Translations under genes and position numbers: made by a program
Assembly (NCBI RefSeq): GCF_964355755.1
Contig: NC_092677.1
Coordinates: forward strand, 25,469,175 to 25,533,174
Direction of reading: 5' to 3'
Origin: Antedon mediterranea
Taxonomy: Eukaryota > Animalia > Echinodermata
Length of the DNA: 64,000 bases
Shown: piece after piece, positions 37,401 to 49,400 of the stretch
Numbering within the stretch: position 1 is the stretch's first letter
Layout of the letters: each line of letters begins with the position of its first letter
Notes under the pieces: model-generated
The model's database searches: none
Seen by the model: the letters and a program-made list of their open reading frames with translations, nothing else
Told to the model about the DNA's origin: nothing

Positions 37401-40400
37401 TGTATCGCGTATGTCACAAAAAATAATGTGAGAATTGATGAAAGCATAGCCAAACAAAAGAGGGCGCTATAACTTTTTTTTTAACCTATAGAGGGTGCTA
37501 TTAAACAATCTTAGGCTTAGTTTAAAAAATGAATGTGATGAATTCCAGACATGGCACGCAAAGAGTAAGATGTTTTTGAAAAAAAATCACTCATAAAACA
37601 AGACAAATTAATGTGTTATTTGTTCGTTTTTTTATAGATGCTGAAAAAGAAAAATTTGTATAGCCCTACTTTGATCGAGTCTCACGGTTGGCCAACCATT
37701 CTGAGAGGTCGCGACATGGTCGGTGTGTCGAAGGAGAGTAGGAACCTAGCTTACCTGCTTCCGTTGTTCACTCAGGTCGTTCAAACTAGTGCTTATAGTG
37801 CCTTGCCGAAGGGTAATGGGGTAAGTTGCATTATGGGTTGCATTAAAAGTACAGCTAGACTTTCTACGTACGCTCGGACAATATTAAAGATGTATTTTCC
37901 CCCTGAAAATATAATTTTTTAACATTTTTTTTGTTGAATATGCAATTTTAATGTTACATAATAGTTATTCACTTTTACCTAAAATTGGACGAAAAAACTA
38001 ATATTTACCTTAAAAATCTGTAATTCATAGCAACAAAATAGCTGCTGTAGTAAAATCGTTTTTTTTATTAAAGCTGCAAAATAACCTACTCAAAGTCTGT
38101 TTTTATTAATGTCCATTTTTCATGTCTAGTCTTCATGTCAAAAGGAGGGGTGCATCCCAACCCCCCCCCCCCCCTCCCTTCCTCCCTCCCTCTCCTCCTG
38201 ATCTGGCCCTGATTTTAGTTATTGTTCCAACATTTATTAATAATCTTTTTGTTGTTGTTGACAGCCATTGATTATAGTTATTGTTCCACGTTGGAAAAAG
38301 GCGAAAGAAGTGTATGATGACGCCCTCAGCATGTTGCCAAGCTCGAGGTATATCCGAGCGTTAATCATTCATGGGGCAGGCGCTGAAGAAAACAAAGAAG
38401 TAGGTTTCAAACCTTTTTATTAACTGCTTTAATCAGAAATTTAGTTTAGTAAAGGCTTTTGAAACCATGTGATGGATTGAACTTAAACTTCAGTTCCTCA
38501 TTTAATTTATTTGTTTTAATTGTGGTTTTTTAATCGTTTTAGATCGATTTGATCAACGGTTGCGAAATACTAATTGCAACTCCGCTGTGTTTTTTACGTT
38601 TATTAAAGAAATCTCACCTTAACACAGACAGGCTATGCCACTTGGTAAATATACCTTTTTTATTACTGTTTATAGTCAATGAAATTGTCAATAACAATTT
38701 GCTATATTTTTTAAAAGCCAAACAATCTATCTGCCATTGGAAGATACTTAATATTATTATTTGAAGGTTTTTGATGATGCTGATGTAGTCTTCTCCGATT
38801 TCACTCAAGAAGTCCGTGAAATTATGCAGGCTTATGGTAAAACGTTGTTAGAGAAACCAAATCGTTCAGCTCCACGGCAGATCCTAGCCTTCAGTGCCCA
38901 CTGGACTGCTGGCCTAGAGTCCTTTATGAAAGCGTACCAATCAGATCCACTTGTGGTCCTTACTCGGAAACTAGAAGCAGCTGTTTATGGAAAAGTCTGG
39001 CATGTAAGTCTGTCAAAATTTTTCTACTGTAGTAGAATTGCAATAAATGTGTATGATTACTCTAAAGGTCTGTCTAAATTATCAAACTCTATGTGACAAA
39101 AAAATGTGATGTCCCCATATATGGACATGATGATGTCATATCACTACCATATTTAGGCACATCGCACTTTTTTGTCGATCTATTATGATAGTATAGACAG
39201 AGCTTAAGATTGCTAATAAATTGTTTGAACGTTTTTATGAATCCTTGTATTACCACAACCAAATGAATTTCCCCCGAAGTTTGGGATAATAAAGTTTTAT
39301 TGAATTGAATTAAATACAAACAAAATGCAGTTACTGCAGTAATTCCTTTAAGTGAATTTGTAGTCGGCGAGGATAGTGTAGTACTGAATAACGTCTGGAA
39401 AGCCTTTCTTATTCCACGTTGTTTAAGTGAATTTGTAGTCAGCGAGGATAGTGTAGTACTGAATAACGTCTGGAAAGCCTTTCTTATTCCACGTTTGTTG
39501 AACAAGATATTTTTTCGCAATAATAGCCATATTACCATACATAACGTTAGGTTGTCCACTTAAGTCAGTATAAAGTACATTTCCTTGGTAGTTAAGAACG
39601 TACCGATTGCCATTATAGTCCGACACAATTAAAAATCCATTTGACGATACAGCTAAACAAAAGCTATTAGCGAATGTGTCATATTTGCATACTAGACTAG
39701 GATTTATTATACTGGTTAAAGGATTTCCATCAAGGTCAAACGCACCAATGACGTTATCATCTTCATGATTGCATGTCCCTGTATGTCTAGCAGCCCATAG
39801 TATTTCGGTTTTGATGTCAATCCAAGTTGGGAAAGCTATCCTCTCAAGAGTGATTACTCCACATTGGTCACCTTTTAACGTGAATTTGACAATATCATGC
39901 TTAGGCTGATCTGTCAGGCATGTTTCATCAATACGTATCTTTTTTGTTCGATATCTAAACATAGAGCGTAAATAGCGCTGGTCGTAGCGACGCTTGTGCA
40001 TATGTGTACTTGGGGTTCTACTGAGTCGGAAGAAGATTGATGTAAAGAGTTTGTTTTTAAGTCTGATTTGAACACAATGAGTTTTGTGTACACGTCGTTT
40101 GTCGTCTGCCTCATGCAAGAGATTACTGGATAACCAGATGGCAGAATATGCAGGCTCTTTATGTTGTAAATTGAATCTTCCGTTTCTAGAAATAGTCTTT
40201 TAGTAACAGATGATATCCGGACATCTTTCGCATGCATTGGGCTTGTCAAGTAAGACCTCTTAAAAAGTCTTAGGAATTCTTTGGCTGTTGGCCTGGTTGT
40301 TGGATCTTTACTCCCGGTTCTTCTTAGAAGAAGCAAGAGTTCTGAGCCACAATCCTCATGTAGTGTTGGCCGCAAATCATCATGAATTATCTTTCTCATA

Positions 40401-43400
40401 AGTTGCCGTGTTGTTTTTGTATAATCTTTGTAAGGCTTTTTCCCACTTAAGATTTCGTTGACAATGACGCCGACAGAGTAGACATCTGACATGATACTAG
40501 CTCTTTTAGGATCGCCAAGGACTTCTGGTGCCATCCATGGCACATTGCTATCCAAATAGTCGTCTGTCGTTTTGAAATTCCTCTGGTTGGTAAGAGCGTC
40601 GCTTATTTTTAAACGAGATTCAAATATCAAGCAATTTAAAGATTTTAAATTTTTGTGAATGATTCCATGTTCGTGTAAAAATATTACTCCCCTTAGTAAA
40701 TCATTGATCCATAAATGAAGTACTGTTGTTGAGAGAAGATTCCATTTCTTTTGGTAATATTGTAGAAGATTTCCGTGTGTAGATAGCTCCATGATAAACC
40801 AGTTAGTATCACTTACCATCCCAAAAGTCTTCACCAGATTTTGATGGTTAAGTCCGGCAAAGAATAGAACTTTGCAACCATTTGTTTTGTCTTTCTTGAC
40901 ATCCTTGAGGGCAACTTTTCTTTTTTCTATCACCCATTCTGCTTCGTAAACAGTAGAGAATTCACCACTTCCAATTACTTTACCAAGCTTGACATCATCC
41001 ACAACAATTTTCTCGGATCCGTCGTCCTGTTTTTGTGGTTGCTGTCTTTTGGTTTGAAATCGCGACACAATAGAATCCATTTTTATTCTCTTTCTTTGAA
41101 ATTCAGAATAAACATCAACATTCAATTGCTAGTAATACTGAAGATAATAAGAGGCATAAATAAAATGTCCTCTAAGATACTTTTGTTTTGTAAGTACGCT
41201 CTGGGGAAAGGTACAGAAATGAACTACACAGAAAGACACATTCTGTTTGGAACACAGCATCAAGTTCAAAGAGCGGTTATTATCAATGTACTGTTTACTT
41301 AGTCAAAGTCATCGATAATGGTGTCTGATATCTTTTTGTTTACTTTGTAGTTTCAGATAAGTCTATGGATATTTGTTTCATTGATTACTGTCTAAACAGA
41401 TTGATTCAATTTCATTATTAAATTTGTAATTTATGATATCTTATTTCTGTTCTGTTTCTGCAATAAAACTTTTTTGGGAGGGGGTGGGGGAAGGGTGGGG
41501 AGCGGAGAAAAGAAAAAATGATGAAATGAAAATAATTTGTTATATTTGGGTAGTTGAACTAGGGTGTTTAAATCTGTTTTTAATGGTTATAATTTTTGTT
41601 TTTTCTATATAATTATATTGAATATAATGAATTACACATTTTTTTGTGAATTCACTACATACATTGTTATCACAATTGTTTTCAGTAAGTTTTTCACAAT
41701 TTGTAATTTTCAAAGATTGTTCATTCTTGTCCATCAAACTACAAGTTCAACAAGGTTCTGGATTTGCTAGACACATCTCATACGCAGGTCGAAGGTCGTC
41801 GTATTGTTATTTTCACGCAGAACAAGGACGATGCTCTTAACCTCCACCATGTGAGTAAAGTTCTACGCTATCAAACAATGTGATGTTTCCATATATGGAC
41901 ATGATGATATCACTACAATATTTAGGCACATCGCACTTTTTTTGTCAAACTAGTTTGATAGTGTAAACAGAGCTTTACAACTCATTCTTTCACGCAAAAT
42001 TATTATTATTACTACAAATGCAGATATATTTAGAAATTGTATAAAATGTTTATGAATACCTTTTTTTGTTTCCATGTGAAGATGTTACTCAGTTCCAGTT
42101 TAGAAATTGTATAAAATGATAATGACTATCTTTTTTATTTTTCTATTTTATAGATGTTACTAAATTCTAGTCATTATGCTTTGGTTGTCCATAACGACAT
42201 GAATGCTGATGAAGTAGCCTTAGTTAACCATGAGTGGCGGGCCAATCATAAACAAGACTCCATGCCAGTACTGGGTAAAGTAATTAGTCTGACGGTAGTA
42301 GGAATCACAGCCTCAAGCTCTCTCTACACTATCAAACTAATTTTTGTGATGTGCCCAAATATTGTAGTGATATGCCCAAATATAGTAGTGATATGACATC
42401 ATCGTGTCCATATATGGGCACATCAGATTTTTTTTGTCACATAAAATTTGATAGTGTAGACAGAGCTTTAAATGACAAATATTCGTAAAGCGTATTCGTG
42501 TTGACGAATATCACCAGTCATATTCGTAACTACAAAACGAGTATAGTTTTTGATCTTTTTTGCATTTGAATCGGGAATGATTCATGATTATAATATAATT
42601 ATACTTTTATTGAAAGTAATTTACTAAAGTAATTTACCAAAATTCCAGGTCAATTTTGATAAATAGCAATTTTTAAAGTCCTCACTCGATTTGATGTTGA
42701 TCGCCGTTACGCTAGGCCTAGGCAGCCAAGCACCAAGCAACACGTACCTGCGCTTCGCTCAAATTTACCACAGTCATATTTTGGACAGCGTCCTCAATAT
42801 TTCATTGCCATGCGAAACAGATTTTTACTGGCTTACGAAAAACGAATACGTGTGCGTGACGTTTTCGTTATCGTATTCGTAAGATTGCGAAAACTCCCTA
42901 TTGTTTGCTACTTTTGTACTCTTTGACTGGCTTTTACAGCTGTTCAACTCCCCCCCCCCCCCCCCTTGTGTTCAACTCCCTGGAACTAAGGTGTATATCT
43001 TGGAATATCTTTGTAGATGCTGTTTGTACTGATGCTTGCTGATTTAATATAGCTTAGAAGTTTTTTTTTTAATACCAATCACATCATTTGATCATTGGAT
43101 CATGTAAACAATTATTTGACAGCAGTTACTGCAGTAACTACACTTTGTTTACTGTTTTTACGCAATTATTTTTTACTGTTCATTACCACCCATATGCCAT
43201 GTACTAACTGTACTCTTATTTTAACAATGCTTGTTTTTTTCTTTTAACCTAGTGATGACAGATGAGGTGGATTTCGTGCTCACAAATGCAACATGGGTGA
43301 TACATTTTGACTTCCCGTCCTCACGAGTCATGTTCGGTGATCGGCTTTCGTTCTGTAGGGAAAACTTTGTAAACCAACTTGAACAGAATGACAGTAAGGT

Positions 43401-46400
43401 TAGTTTCACACTAGTTTTGATTTTTTCTCTCTCTCTCATACCTTTAATGGTTTGTTCGTTTATATATTTAGGCAAATTGCCAAGGATAACCATAAGCGAA
43501 TTCATTCACTATCCCTCTGAAAGGTGGTCACAAGACAAACATACAGAAGATGCTCTACGTAAACAAAGTCTTATTACAAGTCTTTAAAGCCTTGTCTACA
43601 CTATCAAACTTTATGTGTCAAAAAAGTTTGATGTGCCCAAATATGGTAGAACTATGCTTAAATATGGTAGTGATATGACATCATCGTGTCCATATATGGG
43701 CACATCACATTTTTTTGACACATAAAGTTTGATAGTGTAGACAAAGCTTCAGAGTGGAGTTGTAATTTGTCATTAGAAAAAATCCTGACATGAAAGTACT
43801 TGAACACAGGACCCTGGGATTAGTAGCCAAGCATCTTAACCACGAAACTACAACTCAACTCCATTCCGTAAATTGTAATCATGAAAGGTGATCTTTATCT
43901 TTAATGTTTTTTTTTTCATTTTAGAATACCAACAAATCACAATGTCTTTCCCATATGCTGATTGGTCCTGAGGATTTTGAACACTTGACTGGATTCGCTC
44001 AATTTCTGAAACGAACGCGTCAAAAACTGCCATCAAAGTTTGATTTAGAGAAAGCAAAGCTGGTAATCATTATTATTAAAATCAACAATCATCACAATTG
44101 TAAATATTAATTAAGTGTTTTCCTAAAGCAGGTTTTGCCAGACTAAACTGGTTCCAACCGGTATTAAAAATGGCATAGAAAATTATACATAAAATAAAAA
44201 CTTATCTAGTAGTGGAGGGTTAGGCCTAGCCATTAAAAGCATAGACCAAGAGGCTCTTGATGGCTATAATTTGTCAATTTGATAGACAGTTTGCCAGAAC
44301 ACTGGCCAATAATCACCATTTTTTACCTCCGCCAAGGAGGTATATGTAATCGGTAGCGTGTGTTTGTTTGTTTGTTTGTTAGCAGGATTACTCAAAAAGT
44401 AATTACAAGATCTTTACCAAAATGAATAGACAGATAGATATGTGGTCAAGGACCATTCCATTAAATTTTGGGACCATTTGGGACCACAGTCCCAATTCTG
44501 GACCACTTTTTAGTATACTTTTTTAGACCTGCTAGTGTTAAAAGATAGAATTTTTCAAAAGCCGGCGAGCAGTCTTAAAGTAACAAGTAAACTGAAATTG
44601 CATTTTCTCGAGAACTACTTGTCCAAAAAACTTAATTTTTGAACAAGAGGCAAGAGTTATAATTTGTGATTTGTAATTTTAAAACATAATTTGATTTAAT
44701 GTGCACATTTTTTGATGCGAGTAGTTTAAAAAACCTATTTCTTTTCAAATTCACTCGTTTGATTTTCACGTTGCTGTTCTATTGTTCGTCAACTGAAGCT
44801 ATTGTTAACTGAAAGGCTTGTTACATAACCATTACACCAAACTCGCATACACATGCTTGTAATGAAATTAGCCTAAATCACAAACAGCATTAAGACACAC
44901 ACAAATATATATATATATATATATTTTTTTACTGGAGAAATCTTATGTAGGAGAATTTTACAGTAGGCGGAGGTATGCCCTCTCGGAGTGGCTTTCTAGT
45001 TTACTTATTTTATTAGTATTAGCTATTTTTTGTCTTGTTTTGTTTGTATAAATGAGTTTTGTTGTTTATTACTATAAATAATATAATTATGTGTAATGTT
45101 TTTTATAACTGATTGTTGTCTTATAAGATAATATAATTAATACTTATTTGATTTTACATTTTAGGCGAAAGAAGAGAAAAAGAAAACAAAAAAACTATGC
45201 AAAAAATTAAAAACATATGGTACCTGCAAGTATGTAAATTGTTTCTTTTTCTTATTTACAATATGTGAGATTTCCTTTCTCTAATGTGTCTGTTGAGATT
45301 TATTATACTAGGTAATAGTTGTTGTCAGAAAAGTTTTGGTAAACAGCTTAGCAGTTATGTTGTTCAGATATGCTATTACTACATTAAAACCAAATACAAT
45401 TTTTGTCTAAATTTTCTGGTTGTTTTTAATATATTTTAATTTTAGGGATGACCATTGTCATTTTCGACACAAACTCTACGCTGAATTGGACAGTCCTGTG
45501 ATGCTAAACAAAGATACAAGCATTGCTGATTCTAGATATGTTAAGGTATTCATTTCTTCTCTGTACGTCCACCTAATTACGTCAAGAACCAGATTTCCTA
45601 CAAAGTCCAGAATAAAAATACCTGTCTCATTTAAGTGTCTCTAAATTCTATCTACGTGACACTTAAGTGAAATTCTTAAATATTTTATTGACTTAAGTGA
45701 AATATCTAGTATTTAAGGAGAAAATTTAATACGGCCACTGGAGCCATAGATATCAAGTTTTCACAAGAGGCTACTTCTGTCTTAAATATTTATTGGCTTA
45801 AGTGAAATGCAGAACAGTAAATACAGCCACTGGACCCTTAAGTATCAAGTTTTCACAAGAGGCTACTTCTGTCTAAAAATTTTATTGATTTAAGTTAAAT
45901 ACTTAATATTTAAGAGAAATATTGAATACGACCACGGGAGCCTTAAGTACTGTATCAAGTTTTCACAAGATGCTACTTCTGTCTAAAATATTTATTGACT
46001 TAAGGGAAATGGTAAATTTGGCCATTTGAGCCTTAAGTATCAACTTTTCACAAGAGGCTACTTCTGTCTAAACTATTTATTGACTTAAGTGAAATGAGAA
46101 ATTGTGAATACGATTACTGAAGCCTTAAGTATCAACTTTCCACAAGAGGCTACTTCTGTCTAAACTATTTATTGACTTAAGTGAAATGAGAAATTGTGAA
46201 TACGATTACTGGAGCCTTAAGTATCAACTTTTCACAAGAGGCTACTTCTGTCCTAAATTGTCAATATCTCTTCACTTCTGTAGGTTCTCATCTGTTACAT
46301 TATGGATGCAACACATTACTTCGCTAGAATCGTTAGCACACAGAACGACCTCTCTGGAGAAGAGCATCTGCTTGATTCAGGAACAACCATCAAATTGAAC

Positions 46401-49400
46401 TCTGACCTTCAGAGTTGGTTTGAGGACCCTCGTCGTCGTGTGACACATTCCGATGCAAAGTGCGGTGACTTGTGCGTTATAGAGGACAGCAGATATATGT
46501 TTCACAGGGCACGTGTAGAAATGTTGTTTTCATCGGAGCATGGCACGAAGCAGAATGCTACAGTAAGTCTGTTTTTATTAAATCATAATATTCTACTAGT
46601 ATTGCCTGTTTAAAAAGTAAACATTGGTTAATTGGTCATATACACTTATTCATTTTCTAGGTTCAGTTAGTAGACAATGGGAGGTTTGAAGTTGTTACTG
46701 TTAATAAGCTGTTAAATCTTCCTGCCCATTTATACCACATTCCATTTCAAGTAAGTACTGTAACTTCTTTTTTCTTTTTTTTTCATACGCAATTATAGTA
46801 TGGATAAACTATATTTAATAATTTATCATGCTTATAATAAACTAAGTCTCATTTGAGACTTAGAACGTGGAGTTGAACGAGTTGTGAGTCACAACCTTGG
46901 CACTAGGTCAGGATTGAACCCTAGACCCTGGGATTGGAAGACAAGCATGTTAACCACTAAGCTACAGCTCCACTACATTACAAAAATTGTTTCAATCATT
47001 TATTACGATTGTTAATTAAAACAATAAAATACTTAAAGCTTTGAATGACCTGATAATGTAAAAATATCCATATTTTATGCTTAACATTAGATTATTTACC
47101 ATTTAAATGTTTGTCCATGTCTATAACTCTAGGTTGTTGAAGTGTTTTTGTGTCATCTGAAACCAAAAGATAAAGACACGGATTGGACTAACCAGGTACA
47201 ATTTTTGTTTGTTTATGAAAAGCAATAGAAAGCACTCAGACTACATTTTTTAGTATTTTTTGATAGGGCTAGTAAAATGGCAATTGGGGAAGTATATTCT
47301 GCAGCTAACTACCCAAGTGTACAATGAAAAAAACAATAATTAAATTATTTGGGCAATTGTATAGTCTTCAGCTAATAAACCCAGTGCGCTATTGGAAAAA
47401 AAAAAAATAGTTTAATTATTCGGGTATATATAGTCTTCAGCTCACTAGATAATGCTGTGTGTTATTGAAAAACATGTTAGTTAACAATAGTTAAATGAAA
47501 TGTTACCTTTTTTTTAAATCTTCAACAGGCATCAGCATTTGTGCATAACCTGATCTACCAAAAGGAACTTTGTGGTAAAGTGGTTTTGAGGTATTAAGTT
47601 TCTCCATCTTGGTCTACACTATCAAACTTGATGTGAAAAAAAAATGTAATGTGCCCATATATCGACACGATGACATTATATCACTACCTTATTTGGGCAT
47701 ATCACTACCATATTTGGGCACATCACTACCATATTTGGGCACATCAACTAGTGTAGGAAGAGCTTTAAAGTCGACGATTTTCGTGACATGCATATTGGAC
47801 TTAGATGTTAAACTTTTCAACTACATGCTTCTTCTTTAGGGTCATGTCATGTCATGTCAGTGCTCTATCATCTTCTTTGTTGCAGATTATAAATAATTTT
47901 CTTTTCTTCTTAGTCTTGGGAATACACTTTGGCTTGATCCACTGGTTGAACGAGTACAACTGAGTACAATCAAAACGGTCGTCAACGAACATAATATCAG
48001 GTTGGAACTACTGAGGGCAGGCTTCGCTGAACATAACACAGAGGTAATATTTGTATATTTCCCTTTTAGTTTGGTACAATTTATACATATTTCTTGTTCT
48101 TTTAATGATTTGTTATCATTCCAAAAATTCTTCAGTTACTGCAGTAACTACAATTTGTTTACAGCAATAATATTATGATTTTAGTTTGTTTCTATGTCGA
48201 AGTTTATATGGAAGTCAATAAACAATGAAGTAATTTTTACATGATTCCTTAGTTGATCAAATACTGATTGAATAACTGTTTCTCATAATGGCTGTAACCA
48301 TTGTCATATTGCTTAAGCATATTTCTTATTTTTTGTTTCTCAGCACATAAAATTATTGAAAGAGCGTTGCCAAGGAAAAATAGATATCTGCTCTCCTACT
48401 GCTACTGAAAAAGATGAAGAAAAGTATAAATAAGTCATTTTTTTTCCACATTGTTGAAATCATCATAATTATCATAAGCGTGACAATGATGATATCTTCT
48501 TGTCTTCATTATCAGCATTATTAGGCAAGTCAGTGGCTGAGCGATTAAGACAGTGGAAGCGTAATTATGTAGCCTTAACATCGGCAAGGGTTTGAAGCTC
48601 ACTCGCTCCATGGTTCTGGTGGTAGAACGAGTCTTCTCGGATATGGACTATAAACCATAGGTCCAGTGTACACATCTGGCTCATGTGCACTTTAAAGAAC
48701 CTAGTACATCTTTCTAGACGAGTAGGAATATTACCCCGGTGTACTAGTACATCACAGCCACTGATCATAACTGGACCCTCTGGGAGACCAGTCTTTAACT
48801 CAAGAGGTTGCCAGTATAAATCAAACATTTAAATTTAATCATAATTACCATTATCATTATCTCTCGATTTAATATAAACTACAATTTTTCAGGGAAGCGC
48901 AACAATTGGTGACACAATCAATGCAGCTATCAATACGGGGTGTCAATGAGGTATACCTGTCAGCTATGGACACTCCGGATCTTATCTATGTCCAACGGAT
49001 CGATAAATTCAAAAGGTAGAATATTGTAATTCATCAGATTTTCTTTAATTTGAGCTTATAGCGCCCCAAATGACTCACAATTGTCCCTTATGTCAACCGA
49101 TATATTTTCAATTGACTGTATCACATTTTTAAATATGTTATATAAATATTTTTTTACAGACTAGAGGCATTAATGAAGGAAATAAATAAAAGAATGGAAA
49201 AGTCTTTGGACAATTCAGTTGAGAAAGTTCCTGTAGATGGTGGTGGAGATTGCTCGGAAGATGGATCTGCAACAGAGGGAGGAATGACAGATAAATCAAA
49301 AGCAAGTGTCAGACAATGGAATCCAGGTTCTTACTGCCTGGCAAAGTTACTATTGGATGAAACGTAAGTGATCACAATAATAATAAAAATCAAATGAATA

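Noticed and set aside
45660-46256. CRISPR-like repeat-spacer array
   Set aside because: Eukaryotic intron, the apparent spacers are homologous to each other, and no cas genes are present; it is a minisatellite.
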